Origin: Nitrosomonadales bacterium
GTDB taxonomy: Bacteria > Pseudomonadota > Gammaproteobacteria > Burkholderiales > SG8-39
Length of the DNA: 64,000 nucleotides
Direction of reading: 5' to 3'
Assembly (NCBI GenBank): GCA_005240145.1
Contig: SBAS01000019.1
Span: 3,277 to 67,276 of the forward strand
A program made the position numbers and the translations under genes. Numbering within the stretch: position 1 is the first letter of the stretch; every line of letters begins with the position of its first letter. Shown here piece by piece: positions 41,584 to 51,997 of the stretch. Under the pieces are notes generated by a model. That model was not told the DNA's origin, did no database searches, and was given only the letters and a program-made list of their open reading frames with translations.

Positions 41584-42955
41584 GGCCGAGCGCCTTCACC
41601 GCCGCGGCAAAAACCTCGCCGCGGTGCCTGTAATCGCGGAACATGTCGAAGCTGGCGCAGGCCGGAGAGAGCAGCACCGCGCTACCCGGCGTCGCGACCT
41701 GCGCCGCACGCGCTACCGCTTTCTCCATGGAGGCCACGCGCTCCACGGTCACGCCGCTGGCGCCGATTGCTTTGCCGATCAGCGCCGCGTCGCGGCCGAT
41801 GAGAAGCACGTGCTGCGCGTGTGTGCGTAGCGCCGGCACGAGCGGCGCGAAGTTCTGCCCCTTGCCCTCGCCGCCGAGAATCAGCACGGCCTTCTTCGAC
41901 AATCCATTCAGGGCGGCCACGGTGGCGCCGACGTTGGTGGCTTTCGAGTCATCCAGCCACTCGACGCCGCCGCGCAGCGCAACGGGCTGCATGCGGTGCG
42001 GCAGGCCGCGGAAACTGCGCAGGCCCTGCGCCAGCGCGGCGAGCGGCGCTCCAGCGAGATGCGCGAGGGCACAAGCCGCCAGCGCATTCGACGCGTTATG
42101 CGCACCGGCCAGCGGCAATTCGCTCAGCGCAAGAATTTGTTCCGTGCCGCGTACCAGGTATTGGTCGGCGATGCCGAAATCCTCCGGCATATCCGGTACG
42201 TCAAGGCCGAAGGTGACCTGCGTGCGTCCAGGCTGTGCCAGGGCCATTGAGGCGGAATCGCAGCGATTCAGCACCTGCACGCCGCCACCCGAGAACACGC
42301 GCGCCTTCGCGCTGGCGTACTCGGCAAGCCCCGCATAGCGGTCGAGGTGGTCTTCCGAGAGGTTCAGCATCGCGGCTGCCACAGGAGCGAGCGACCATGT
42401 CGTTTCGAGCTGGTAGCTCGAGAGCTCCAGCACCCACGTGGCGGGAGGATGCGCGGGAGCCGTTTTCCTCTTCAGCAGGGCCTCAAGGGCCGGCGGGGAG
42501 ATGTTTCCCGCGACTTCGCAATCGATGCCGGCCGCGCGCAGCAGGTGCCCGGCGAGCGCGGTGACCGTGCTCTTGCCGTTGGTCCCGGTTACCGCAAGGA
42601 CCTTTTCATGCACGGACCAGGCGAAGAGTTCAATGTCGCCCACTACGGGGATGTTCTTCGCGACCGCCGCCTGGACCACTTCTTCTTCGAGCGAAAGGCC
42701 CGGGCTGATGCAGACCAGGTCGACGTCCTTCAGCAGCGCGGGCTTGAACTTTCCGCCATGCAGTTCGCCGGAAAAATCCTTCTGCCGCGGCGGCGCCGCG
42801 CGCGTGTCGGCGGCGCGCACCTGGCCGCCCTCGCGCGCGACCCACTGCGCGACCGAGAGCCCGGTGTCGCCCAGCCCGAGCACGAGCACCTTCCTGCCCT
42901 TCAGCGGCATCGCCGCAGGCTTCCTGAGCAGCGAAAACGCCGGTTCGCGCATCAT
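41576..42955 (-). CDS. murD: UDP-MurNAc-L-Ala-D-glutamate ligase
   Basis: [37 protein letters not shown] and LSPACASFD motifs. Start is 42955, 42952 or 42910. Confidence 0.96.
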   Translation of the reverse strand: MMREPAFSLLRKPAAMPLKGRKVLVLGLGDTGLSVAQWVAREGGQVRAADTRAAPPRQKDFSGELHGGKFKPALLKDVDLVCISPGLSLEEEVVQAAVAKNIPVVGDIELFAWSVHEKVLAVTGTNGKSTVTALAGHLLRAAGIDCEVAGNISPPALEALLKRKTAPAHPPATWVLELSSYQLETTWSLAPVAAAMLNLSEDHLDRYAGLAEYASAKARVFSGGGVQVLNRCDSASMALAQPGRTQVTFGLDVPDMPEDFGIADQYLVRGTEQILALSELPLAGAHNASNALAACALAHLAGAPLAALAQGLRSFRGLPHRMQPVALRGGVEWLDDSKATNVGATVAALNGLSKKAVLILGGEGKGQNFAPLVPALRTHAQHVLLIGRDAALIGKAIGASGVTVERVASMEKAVARAAQVATPGSAVLLSPACASFDMFRDYRHRGEVFAAAVKALGHE

Positions 42956-44043
42956 CTGAGCTTGAGCGTCGAGAGGCCGAACAGCACCAGCATCATGGTG
43001 ATGATCCAGAAGCGCACCACCACCTGCGATTCCTTCCAGCCCTCGAGTTCGTAGTGGTGATGCAGCGGCGCCATGCGGAAAATCCGTTTCCCGCCGGTGG
43101 TCTTGAAATAGATCACCTGGATCATCACCGAGAGCGTCTCGGCGACGAACACGCCGCCCATGATGAAAAGCACGATCTCCTGGCGCACGATCACGGCGAT
43201 GGTGCCCAGGGCCGCGCCCAGCGCCAGCGCGCCGACGTCGCCCATGAATACTTCCGCCGGATAGGCGTTGAACCAGAGGAAGCCCAGGCCCGCGCCGACC
43301 AGCGCGCCGCAATACACCGCGAGCTCGCCCGCGCCGGCGACGTACGGCACGCCGAGGTACTTCGAGAACACCGCGTTGCCGGCGACGTAGGCGAAGATGC
43401 CGAGCGCGCCCCCCACCATGACGGTCGGCATGATGGCGAGGCCGTCCAGGCCATCGGTCAGGTTCACCGCGTTCGAGGTGCCGACGATGACGAAGTAGGT
43501 GAGGACGATGAAACCGGCGACGCCCAGCGGATAGGCGACCAATTTGAAGAACGGCACGATGAGGGTGTTCAGCGCCGGGGTGCTCTGCGCGATCCAGGCC
43601 AGGTAGCAGGCCGCGGCGAGCCCGAAGAGCGACTGCCAGGCGAACTTGGCCTTCGCCGGCAGTCCCCTGGGATTGCGGTGCACGACCTTGCGGTAGTCGT
43701 CGACCCAGCCGATGGCGCCGAAGGCCAGCGTCACCAGCAGCACCACCCAGATGAAACGGTTGCCCAGATCGCCCCACAGCAGGGTGGTGATGCCGATCGA
43801 CAGCAGGATCAGCGCCCCGCCCATGGTCGGCGTGCCGGCCTTGGTCAGGTGCGAGCGCGGGCCGTCATCGCGCACCGCCTGGCCGATCTTGTAGGCGGTG
43901 AGCTTGCGAATCACATAGGGCCCCAGGATCAGCGAGATCGCGAGCGCGGTGAGGCAGGCCAGCACCGCGCGCAGCGTCAGGTAATTGAAGACGTTGAACA
44001 GACGCACTTCCTTGGCGAGCCACTGGAAGAGTTCGAGCAGCAT
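42952..44043 (-). CDS. mraY: Phospho-MurNAc-pentapeptide transferase
   Basis: [32 protein letters not shown] and MAPLHHHYE motifs. Confidence 0.98.
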   Translation of the reverse strand: MLLELFQWLAKEVRLFNVFNYLTLRAVLACLTALAISLILGPYVIRKLTAYKIGQAVRDDGPRSHLTKAGTPTMGGALILLSIGITTLLWGDLGNRFIWVVLLVTLAFGAIGWVDDYRKVVHRNPRGLPAKAKFAWQSLFGLAAACYLAWIAQSTPALNTLIVPFFKLVAYPLGVAGFIVLTYFVIVGTSNAVNLTDGLDGLAIMPTVMVGGALGIFAYVAGNAVFSKYLGVPYVAGAGELAVYCGALVGAGLGFLWFNAYPAEVFMGDVGALALGAALGTIAVIVRQEIVLFIMGGVFVAETLSVMIQVIYFKTTGGKRIFRMAPLHHHYELEGWKESQVVVRFWIITMMLVLFGLSTLKLR

Positions 44044-45404
44044 CAGTGCGCCTCGCCGTTCTCGCCGCGCATCTCACCTGCCAGCGCCGCGACGACGCGC
44101 TCCATGCGCATGAAACGGGAGCCTTTGACGAGGATGGTTCTCATGGTTTTCAGATTTGCGGGAATTTCATTCCAGTCCTCGAAATGTTTTGCGCCGCTGC
44201 CGAACGCGGCGACGCTGTCCTTCGAAGCCGAACCAAATCCCAGCAATGCATGGATGCCTTTTTGCCTCGCGTACTTCCCCACCTCCGAGTGGAACTCGGG
44301 GCCCCGCGCGCCCACTTCACCCATGTCGCCCAGGACCAGCGCCGTCGGGCCGGGACAGGAGGCGAGCACGTCGATCGCGGCGCGCACCGAATCCGGATTG
44401 GCGTTGTAGCTGTCGTCGATCAGGGTCGCGCCGGCGGTCGTGGTCTTCGGCTGCAGGCGGCCGGCGTAGGGCCGGAACGCGGCGAGGCCGGCGCCGATCG
44501 CGTCGGCCGGGACGCCGGCGGCATGCGCGCAGGCCGCCGCCGCGAGCGCGTTGCGCACGTTGTGCAGACCGGGAATCGCGAGCCGCGCGCGCGCCTCGCC
44601 CGAGGGCGTGCTGAGGACGATTTCGCTCTCGAGCGGCTTGAGCACGTAGCGCGCCCTGACGTCACCCGCGCCAAGGCCGAATTCGACGCGCTTGCGCGCG
44701 CCCGCCTTCTGCCGGAACACGCCGGTCATCGCGTCTTCCGAGTTCAGCACGGCGATGCCGTCCGCGGGCAGCGCGTCGAACACGCTCGCGTTCTCGGCGG
44801 CCACCGCTTCGACCGACTGCATGAATTCGAGGTGCTCGCGCTGCGCGTTGTTGACCAGCGCCATGGTCGGCCGCGCAATCTGCGCCAGCATGGCGATTTC
44901 ACCCGGATGGTTCATGCCCAGTTCGACCGTGCAGTAGCGATGGCTCGCGCGAAGACCGAGCAGCGTGAGCGGCACGCCGATGTCGGTGTTCAGGTTGCCG
45001 TGCGTCGCCAGCGCGCCTGAGTCGCCGGCGTGGCGGCGCAGGATGGCGGCGAGCATCTCCTTGGTGGTGGTCTTGCCGTTCGAACCGGTGATGGCGATCA
45101 GCACGGGGGCGAAACGCATGCGCCAGTTCCGCCCCAGGCGCCCGAGCGCGCGTCTTGTGTCGTCGGTGACGAGCACCGGCAGCGGGGTTGGTCCGCAATA
45201 CTTTTCGTCAACCAGTGCGGCGACAGCGCCACGCGCCTTCGCTTGTGCCAGGAAATCATGACCGTCGAAATGCTCGCCGCGGATCGCGACGAATAGCTGC
45301 CCCTTATCAATGCTGCGGGTGTCAGTCGAGACACCGTCAAAGCGCAATTCACTCTTCGCGCTGTGCGCGTCCATGGCCACCACGGCTTCGGCGAGACTCA
45401 TCAT
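44043..45404 (-). CDS. murF: UDP-MurNAc-tripeptide-D-Ala-D-Ala ligase
   Basis: [34 protein letters not shown] and VKGSR motifs. Confidence 0.96.
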   Translation of the reverse strand: MMSLAEAVVAMDAHSAKSELRFDGVSTDTRSIDKGQLFVAIRGEHFDGHDFLAQAKARGAVAALVDEKYCGPTPLPVLVTDDTRRALGRLGRNWRMRFAPVLIAITGSNGKTTTKEMLAAILRRHAGDSGALATHGNLNTDIGVPLTLLGLRASHRYCTVELGMNHPGEIAMLAQIARPTMALVNNAQREHLEFMQSVEAVAAENASVFDALPADGIAVLNSEDAMTGVFRQKAGARKRVEFGLGAGDVRARYVLKPLESEIVLSTPSGEARARLAIPGLHNVRNALAAAACAHAAGVPADAIGAGLAAFRPYAGRLQPKTTTAGATLIDDSYNANPDSVRAAIDVLASCPGPTALVLGDMGEVGARGPEFHSEVGKYARQKGIHALLGFGSASKDSVAAFGSGAKHFEDWNEIPANLKTMRTILVKGSRFMRMERVVAALAGEMRGENGEAH

Positions 45405-46852
45405 CCATTCCCCCGACGGCCGAGCGCGGCGCTGGCGACCACGGCGTCGGAAAAAGGCTGCCGCTTGGCGCCGATCTCCTGAAACTGCTCGTGGCCCTTG
45501 CCGGCGATCAGCACCACGTCGGCAGGCGCCGCCGTCGCGATCACAGCCTCGATGGCTTTCGCGCGATCGGCTTCGATCTCGCACTTTCCGGCAATCCCCC
45601 GGCGGATCTCTTCGATGATCGCGAGCGGATCCTCGCTGCGCGGATTATCGGAAGTCAGCACGACGCGCTCGGCGCGCGCCGCAGCCACGCTGCCCATCAC
45701 CGGCCGCTTCGCCTTGTCGCGTCCGCCGCCGGCGCCGAATACCGCGACCAGCCGCCCGCGGCGCGCCCGCGCCAGCGGCTGCAACGCCGAGAGCACCTGG
45801 TCCAGGGCATCCGGCGTATGCGCGTAATCGATCACCACCAGCGGCTGGTCCCCGATCCTCTGCATACGCCCCGGCACCTGCGGCAGCGCCTCGAGAAGGC
45901 GCACGGCGTCCTCGAACGCAATGCCCTTCGCCACCAGGCAGCCCAGCACGCCGAGCGCGTTGGCGACATTGAAGTGCCCGAGCTGGGGAATCGAAACCTC
46001 GGCGTCTCCCCACCCCGATTCTATTTTTACCCGGTTATTTTTTTCAATTGTGGCGAAAAGAAAATCCGCAACGGGAAACGAAGATCCGGCTAGGCCGTAA
46101 CCAATCGTCCTTACTCCGCGCGCCGCGGTGCGCTTCGCGAGCTGCGCGCCGAAAGGGTCGTCGAGGTTGAGCACCGCCGCGCCGAGTCCCGGCGATTCGA
46201 ACAGGCGCGCCTTCGCCTCGGCGTAGGCGCCCAGCGTGCCGTGGTAGTCGAGGTGGTCGTGCGTCAGGTTGGTGAAGAGCGCGCAATCGAAAGCAACACC
46301 GTTGACGCGCCCCTGATCCAGGCCGTGCGAAGACACCTCCATCGCCACCGCGCTCGCACCGGCGGTCCTGAATTCCGCGAGCAGGCGATGCAGTTCGAGC
46401 GCCTCGGGCGTCGTGTTCTCGACCGGCGCCAGGTTCGGCCGGAAGCCTGAGCCCAGAGTGCCGACGACGCCCGTTTTGATGCTTTTCAGAGTCAGCAGGT
46501 GCGCAAGCCACTGCGCGCAGGAGGTCTTGCCGTTGGTGCCGGTGACGCCGCAGACCCACATGGACTCCGAAGGGCGGCCGTAGAACTCGTGCGCGAGGAA
46601 GCCCGCTTGCGCCTTGAGGTTCCTCACCCCGGTATTCGGCGTTTTCCAGCGCTCGTCCCAGGCAAAGTCCTCGCTTTCCCACAGGACCGCGGCGCAGCGC
46701 CGATCGATCGCCTGGGCGATGTGGCGCCGGCCGTCGGCGGCAGCGCCCGGCCAGGCAAAAAAAGCCGCGCCCGGAGCGGCACACCGGCTGTCGGAGGTGA
46801 GGCGTTCGATCACCGCTCCCTGGCGCGCGAGCAGCGCGAAGACGTTGTCAAT
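45401..46852 (-). CDS. murE: UDP-MurNAc-dipeptide-meso-DAP ligase
   Basis: TGTNGKTS, MEVSSHGL, DHLDYH, DYAHTPD and DNPR (the DAP-specific motif). Start is ATT 46852 (inferred) or GTG 46813. Confidence 0.96.
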   Translation of the reverse strand: MDNVFALLARQGAVIERLTSDSRCAAPGAAFFAWPGAAADGRRHIAQAIDRRCAAVLWESEDFAWDERWKTPNTGVRNLKAQAGFLAHEFYGRPSESMWVCGVTGTNGKTSCAQWLAHLLTLKSIKTGVVGTLGSGFRPNLAPVENTTPEALELHRLLAEFRTAGASAVAMEVSSHGLDQGRVNGVAFDCALFTNLTHDHLDYHGTLGAYAEAKARLFESPGLGAAVLNLDDPFGAQLAKRTAARGVRTIGYGLAGSSFPVADFLFATIEKNNRVKIESGWGDAEVSIPQLGHFNVANALGVLGCLVAKGIAFEDAVRLLEALPQVPGRMQRIGDQPLVVIDYAHTPDALDQVLSALQPLARARRGRLVAVFGAGGGRDKAKRPVMGSVAAARAERVVLTSDNPRSEDPLAIIEEIRRGIAGKCEIEADRAKAIEAVIATAAPADVVLIAGKGHEQFQEIGAKRQPFSDAVVASAALGRRGNG

Positions 46853-48591
46853 TACGTGTTCTCCTTTACCTCGTCGCCCTCGCCCGGCAGTTCGATCGGG
46901 GCGAGCGGCGCGTCGTGCGGGGCGCCCAGCAGGCGCAGCGCGCCCTGCATGACCTGGGAGAACACCGGCGCGGCGACCTGGCCGCCGTAGTACTGGCCGG
47001 CCGACGGTTCATCCACCATCACCGCGATCACCAGGCGCGGCGCGGACACCGGCGCGAAGCCGACGAACGAGGAGACATACTTGTGCGCCGCGTAGGCGCC
47101 GTTTTCCAGCTTGTGCGCGGTGCCGGTCTTGCCGCCCACGCGCCAGCCCACGACGCGCGCGCGCGGCGCGGTGCCACCGGGCTGCACCGCGGCTTCGAGC
47201 ATGGCGCGCAGAGCGCGCGCCACCTCGGGCGAAAAGACGCGGGCGCCGGCGGCGGGTACGCCGGTCTTCACCAGCGACAGCGGCGCGAGCTCGCCGTCGC
47301 GCGCGAACACGGTGTAGGCGCGCGCGAGCTGGATCAGGCTCACCGAGATGCCGTGGCCGTAGGCCATGGTCGCCTGCTCCACCGGGCGCCAGGTCTTCGC
47401 CTCGCGCACGCGTCCGACCGCCTCGCCGGGAAAACCGAGCCGCGGCGCGGCGCCGAAGCCGACGCGCTTGAAAAGATCGTGCATTTCGTCGCGCGGCATC
47501 GCCAGCGCGATCTTGGCCGCGCCGACATTGGACGATTTCTGGATCACCTGCGCCACCGTCATCGCGCCAGCCCCGCTTTTCTCCGCATGCGCGTCGTGGA
47601 TCGTGTAGCGGCCGATGGTGAGCGTGCCGGGCGCGGTCTGGATCATGGTGTCGGGCGTGATCCTGCCGGTCTCGATGGCGAGGCCCACGGTGAACGGCTT
47701 CAGGGTCGAGCCCGGCTCGAAGCTGTCGGTCATGACGCGGTTGCGCAGCTGCGCGCCGGTCAGGCGGGCGCGGTTGTTCGGGTTGTAGGTGGGCAGGTTG
47801 GCGAGCGCGAGGACTTCGCCCGTACGCACGTCGAGCACCACGATGGCGCCCGCCTTGGCCCGGTTCGCCTCCACCGACGACTTGAGCGCGCCGAAGGCGA
47901 GGTTCTGGATCTTGCCGTCGATGGACAGGATGAGGTCGCGCCCGTCCTGCGCGGCGCGAATCGACTCGACGTCCTCGACGACACGGCCGAGCCGGTCCTT
48001 GATCACGCGGCGGCTGCCGGCAGCGCCCGCGAGCACCGCCTGCTGCGCGAGCTCGATGCCTTCCTGGCCGACGTCGTCGACGCCGGTGAAGCCGATCACG
48101 TGCGCCAGGGTCTCGCCGCCCGGGTAGTAGCGGCGGAATTCGTTCTGCTGGTGGATGCCCGGAATGCCCAGCTCGGCGATGCGCGCCGCGGTCTCGGGCG
48201 CGATCTGGCGCTTGAGGTAGACGAACTCGCGCTCCGCGGACGAGAGCTTGCGCTCGAGCTCGCGCGCGTCCAGGGACAGCAGTCCGGCGAGGCTCTTCAG
48301 CTGCGCCGCGGTAACGCTCACGTCCTCCGGGATCGCCCACACCGATTTCACCGGCGTCGAGATGGCGAGCGCTTCGCCATTGCGGTCGACGACGCGGCCG
48401 CGCGTGGCCGGCACTTCGAGCACGCGCGAATAGCGCGCCTCGCCCTTGCCCTGCAGGAAGCTCGTGTTCATCGACTGCAAATAGACCGAGCGGCACGCCA
48501 GCACCAAGAAGGCGGCCAGGAGCAGCGCAACTGCCAGGCGCGCGCGCCATGCCGGCAGCCGCACCATCATCGGCACGCCGACGGCGCTCAC
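46852..48591 (-). CDS. ftsI: Penicillin-binding protein 3
   Basis: RGRVVDRNG, RYYP, EPGSTLK (SxxK), KSSN (SxN) and KTGT motifs. Confidence 0.96.
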   Translation of the reverse strand: MSAVGVPMMVRLPAWRARLAVALLLAAFLVLACRSVYLQSMNTSFLQGKGEARYSRVLEVPATRGRVVDRNGEALAISTPVKSVWAIPEDVSVTAAQLKSLAGLLSLDARELERKLSSAEREFVYLKRQIAPETAARIAELGIPGIHQQNEFRRYYPGGETLAHVIGFTGVDDVGQEGIELAQQAVLAGAAGSRRVIKDRLGRVVEDVESIRAAQDGRDLILSIDGKIQNLAFGALKSSVEANRAKAGAIVVLDVRTGEVLALANLPTYNPNNRARLTGAQLRNRVMTDSFEPGSTLKPFTVGLAIETGRITPDTMIQTAPGTLTIGRYTIHDAHAEKSGAGAMTVAQVIQKSSNVGAAKIALAMPRDEMHDLFKRVGFGAAPRLGFPGEAVGRVREAKTWRPVEQATMAYGHGISVSLIQLARAYTVFARDGELAPLSLVKTGVPAAGARVFSPEVARALRAMLEAAVQPGGTAPRARVVGWRVGGKTGTAHKLENGAYAAHKYVSSFVGFAPVSAPRLVIAVMVDEPSAGQYYGGQVAAPVFSQVMQGALRLLGAPHDAPLAPIELPGEGDEVKENT

Positions 48592-48866
48592 GGCCTGGGC
48601 TCGCCCTTGAGCTCGACCATCCTCACGCGGCGCGGGTCCGGCGCGCGCATGCCGAGCGCGCCGGTGGCGATCTTCTCGACGCGCGAGTGCAGGCCCCAGG
48701 TGCCCGCCTCGAGCTGCAGCTGGCCGAACTCGATGTCAAGCGCACGGGCGCGTTCCTGCTCGCGCTCGAGCTCGGTGAACAGCTTGCGCGACTCGTGACG
48801 AGAGGTGACGAGCCCGAGCGCGCAGACGATGAGAACCAGGAGGAGGAGGAGGTTCAGCTTCGCCAC
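48588..48866 (-). CDS. ftsL: Cell division protein FtsL
   Basis: Short TM plus coiled coil; HSRVEKIA...LGM; lies between rsmH and ftsI. Confidence 0.93.
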   Translation of the reverse strand: MAKLNLLLLLVLIVCALGLVTSRHESRKLFTELEREQERARALDIEFGQLQLEAGTWGLHSRVEKIATGALGMRAPDPRRVRMVELKGEPRP

Positions 48867-49873
48867 GCGTCGGGCCCGTGTTCGGTTAATGCGCGATTCA
48901 AGACCGCTGGATCCAGTGCTGCCGTGCTGCGCTCGGCCGCACGCAGGGTTGCGCTGCGGGCGCGCGGATTGGCCGCGATTTCCGCCGCCGAAGCGCGCAG
49001 CGCCTTGCCCACGATTCTGAGCGGCGCTTGTGGCAGATCGCGGGCGCGAATCGGCAAATCTGCGGGCAGGCCGTCGGTGGCGACCCCGCGCAGGAAGCGC
49101 TTCACGAGGCGGTCCTCGAGCGAATGGAAGGCGATCACCACCAGCCTCCCGCCGGCAGCGAGACGCGCGGTGGCCTGGGGCAGCATCAGCGCGATCTCCT
49201 CAAGCTCCCGATTGACGAGAATCCGTAGAGCCTGAAAGGTGCGCGTCGCCGGATCCTTGCCGGCCTCGCGCCGTGTTTCCCGTTTGCGGACCGCCGCAGC
49301 CACGACAGCGGCAAGTTGCTCGGTGCGGAGGATTGGTTCGCGTGCCCGAGCAGCAACAATCGCCTTTGCAACCTGTTTAGCAAACCGTTCTTCCCCATAG
49401 CTAGCGATTGCCTCCCGGATTTGTTGTTCTGTGGCGCTGGCCAGCCAGTCCGCGGCGCCGGCACCACGGCTCGGATCCATGCGCATGTCGAGCGGTCCGT
49501 CGGCGCGGAACGAGAAGCCGCGCGCCGGGTCGTCGACCTGTGGCGACGACAGGCCGAGGTCCGCGAGCACGCCGTCCACCAGGCCCGTGCCGCTGCCCTT
49601 CAGGCGCGCGTCGAGCACCCACGCGAGCTCGCTGAACGGCGCATGGTCGATGCTGAAGCGCGGATCGGTGATGGCGCGCGCCGCCTCGACTGCCTGTGGA
49701 TCCCGGTCCAGCGCGATGAGCCGGCCCGTGGGAGCGAGGCGCTGCAGGATCGCGCGGCTGTGGCCGCCGCGGCCGAAAGTGCAATCGACGTAGGTGCCCT
49801 CGGCCCGCACGGCAAGCGAGGTCACCGCCTCTTCGAGAAGTACCGCGCGATGAGCAGGCTGCGGTGCGCTCAT
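48854..49873 (-). CDS. rsmH: 16S rRNA m4C1402 methyltransferase
   Basis: [32 protein letters not shown] and NPRARSA motifs. Confidence 0.97.
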   Translation of the reverse strand: MSAPQPAHRAVLLEEAVTSLAVRAEGTYVDCTFGRGGHSRAILQRLAPTGRLIALDRDPQAVEAARAITDPRFSIDHAPFSELAWVLDARLKGSGTGLVDGVLADLGLSSPQVDDPARGFSFRADGPLDMRMDPSRGAGAADWLASATEQQIREAIASYGEERFAKQVAKAIVAARAREPILRTEQLAAVVAAAVRKRETRREAGKDPATRTFQALRILVNRELEEIALMLPQATARLAAGGRLVVIAFHSLEDRLVKRFLRGVATDGLPADLPIRARDLPQAPLRIVGKALRASAAEIAANPRARSATLRAAERSTAALDPAVLNRALTEHGPDAWRS

Positions 49874-49888
49874 CGCCCGCGCCTGCCG

Positions 49889-50347
49889 TCACAGCGAGAA
49901 ATTTTCCGCGCCCGGCGGCAACGAGCCGGAACCGGATAGCGCGGCGGCGTACCTCGCGTTCCACACGCCCGGATCCCAGAGCTCGAAGTAGTGGCTTTGC
50001 CCGACCAGCATGGCCTCGCGCTCGAGCTTGGCGTGCATGCGCAAGGCGCTGGAGACGAGCACGCGGCCCGAGGCGTCCGGGGTGGTGTGTTCCTCGAAGC
50101 CGAGCAGCAGGCGCTTCCACCAGCTCGCCTGCGGGTGGAAGCTGGGAAATTTCTCCACCTGGGTGCGCACGCGCTCCCAGGCCGATTCCGGATAGATGAG
50201 CGCGCAGCCCTCCGGGTGCGCGCTGAGCACGAGCGTCTTGCTCACCGCGACCAGGGCATCGCGGTGCCGCGTCGGAATGGCGAGCCTGCCCTTGGCGTCG
50301 AGCGTAAGGACAGTTGCGCCGTGGAACGTACCGACAGTGCCGCCCAT
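49889..50347 (-). CDS. mraZ: Transcriptional regulator MraZ
   Basis: Two SpoVT/AbrB repeats (LDAKGRLAIP and DASGRVLV); first gene of the dcw cluster. Confidence 0.95.
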   Translation of the reverse strand: MGGTVGTFHGATVLTLDAKGRLAIPTRHRDALVAVSKTLVLSAHPEGCALIYPESAWERVRTQVEKFPSFHPQASWWKRLLLGFEEHTTPDASGRVLVSSALRMHAKLEREAMLVGQSHYFELWDPGVWNARYAAALSGSGSLPPGAENFSL

Positions 50348-50400
50348 CTTTTCTGCCCCCCCCCACTCGTCCTGCTCAGAGCTCAGTTTCCGGCATTTTT

Positions 50401-50455
50401 AAGCCACTTTTTTCTACGTTTTCCCACTTTAATCCGAAAGACCTAGGAAGGTCAA
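50401..50455 (-). promoter_or_regulatory. dcw (mraZ) promoter with MraZ-box-like 10-bp-period repeats
   Basis: Minus strand: TTGACC-N18-TAAAGT, overlapping AAAGTGGGAA/AACGTAGAAA/AAAGTGGCTT. Confidence 0.7.
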
Positions 50456-50538
50456 GCTGTCTAACCGAATTTCCCTAGCCGAGACAACCACTTAGGGAAA
50501 TTATCGGGGACAACTTTTAGATTTTAATTATTATTCAT

Positions 50539-50551
50539 TATCAATAAGTTA
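50539..50551 (+). promoter_or_regulatory. IHF-consensus site in an AT-rich intergenic region
   Basis: TATCAATAAGTTA matches WATCAANNNNTTR, with an upstream A/T tract. Confidence 0.55.
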
Positions 50552-50638
50552 GCAAATTTATTCAATGTAATTTATCAGTTGTCAGTGGTTACTCACGGCA
50601 AAGGCCGAAAAACCCTTTGAGGCGATAATTTGCACCCC

Positions 50639-51301
50639 ATGATCAATAAAATCCTCGCCGCGCCGGCCGCCGCGCTGGCCGATGTGCGCGATGGCGCGAC
50701 GGTGATGATCGGCGGCTTCGGCAATGCGGGGATGCCCGCCGAACTGATCGATTGCCTGATCGCGCAGGGCGCGAAGGACCTCACCGTGGTGAACAACAAC
50801 GCGGGCAATGCCGATAGCGGGCTCGCGGCGCTGATCGGCGCCGGCCGCGTGCGCAAGATCCTCTGCTCGTTTCCGCGCCAGACCGATTCCTGGCACTTCG
50901 ACCGGCTCTATCGCGCCGGCAAACTCGAGCTCGAACTGGTTCCGCAGGGCACGCTCGCCGAGCGCATCCGCGCCGCCGGCGCGGGCGTTGGCGCCTTTTT
51001 CACGCCCACCGCCTTCGGCACGCGCCTGGCCGAGGGCAAGGAAACGCGCCACATCAACGGCCGCGATTACGTGCTCGAGTACCCGATCTACGCCGACTAC
51101 GCTCTGCTCAAGGCGGACCGTGCCGACCGCTGGGGCAACCTCACCTACCGCAAGACGGCGCGCAATTTCGCGCCCATCATGGCCGCGGCGGCGAAATGCA
51201 CCGTGGTGCAGGTGCGCGAGACCGTCGAGCTCGGCCAGATCGACCCCGAGCACGTGGTGACGCCGGGAATATTCGTCAACCGCGTAATAAAGGTCCTCTG
51301 A
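50639..51301 (+). CDS. pcaI: 3-oxoacid (3-oxoadipate-type) CoA-transferase subunit A
   Basis: IGGFG, NNNAG, CSFPRQ, PQGTLAERIRA and WGNLTYRKTARNF motifs. Confidence 0.88.
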   Translation: MINKILAAPAAALADVRDGATVMIGGFGNAGMPAELIDCLIAQGAKDLTVVNNNAGNADSGLAALIGAGRVRKILCSFPRQTDSWHFDRLYRAGKLELELVPQGTLAERIRAAGAGVGAFFTPTAFGTRLAEGKETRHINGRDYVLEYPIYADYALLKADRADRWGNLTYRKTARNFAPIMAAAAKCTVVQVRETVELGQIDPEHVVTPGIFVNRVIKVL

Positions 51302-51951
51302 TGAAGCGCCTTGACCGCAACCAGATCGCCGCGCGCGTGGCGCGCGACATCCCCGAGGGCGCCTATGTGAACCTGGGCATCGGCCTGCCCACGCTGGTGG
51401 CGAGCCACCTGCCGCAGGACCGCGAGGTCATCATCCACAGCGAGAACGGCATCCTCGGCCTCGGCCCGAAGCCCGCGCCCGGCCAGGAAGACGAGGACCT
51501 GATCGATGCCGGCAAGGCGCCGGCGACGATCCTCACGGGCGGCGCGTACTTCCACCATGCCGACAGCTTCGCCATGATCCGCGGCGGCCACATCGACATC
51601 TGCGTGCTGGGTGCTTTCCAGGTCTCCGCCGCGGGCGACATCGCTAACTGGCACACGGGGGAAGCCGACGCGATTCCGGCCGTGGGCGGCGCCATGGACC
51701 TCGCCGCGGGCGCGAAACAGGTGTTCGTCACCATGGAACACCTCACCAAGCAGGGCGAGAGCAAGGTCGTCGAGCGTTGCAGCTACCCGCTCACCGGCTT
51801 GCGCTGCGTGACGCGGATCTATACCGATCTCGCGGTCATCGACGTCAAGTCCGACGGCCTGCACCTGGTGGAGATCGTCGCCGAGGGCCTGTCCTTCGAC
51901 GAGCTGCAGCGCCTCAATGGCGTGGCGCTGAAGTACCGCGCCGCGGCCTAG
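51301..51951 (+). CDS. pcaJ: 3-oxoacid CoA-transferase subunit B
   Basis: VNLGIGLPT, catalytic SENG, GGAMDL and C.YPLTG motifs; ATG overlaps the subunit A stop. Confidence 0.88.
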   Translation: MKRLDRNQIAARVARDIPEGAYVNLGIGLPTLVASHLPQDREVIIHSENGILGLGPKPAPGQEDEDLIDAGKAPATILTGGAYFHHADSFAMIRGGHIDICVLGAFQVSAAGDIANWHTGEADAIPAVGGAMDLAAGAKQVFVTMEHLTKQGESKVVERCSYPLTGLRCVTRIYTDLAVIDVKSDGLHLVEIVAEGLSFDELQRLNGVALKYRAAA

Positions 51952-51975
51952 AAATCAGGGACAGACCACGTTTTC
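51951..51975 (+). repeat. REP-like short element, copy 1
   Basis: GAAATCAGGGACAGACCACGTTTTC; a near-identical inverted copy lies at 52574-52599. Confidence 0.7.
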
Positions 51976-51997
51976 TCCCGGCGAGGCTCTAGACCGG

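Noticed and set aside
36128-45584. Apparent N-terminally extended or fused Ddl, MurB, MurG, MurD and MurF proteins in the ORF track
   Set aside because: The extensions are out-of-frame readings of the upstream overlapping gene. The true starts sit at stop/start overlaps.
50460-50600. AT-rich tract as a replication origin
   Set aside because: There is no cluster of DnaA boxes and no dnaA/gidA context. A dcw promoter region explains it.
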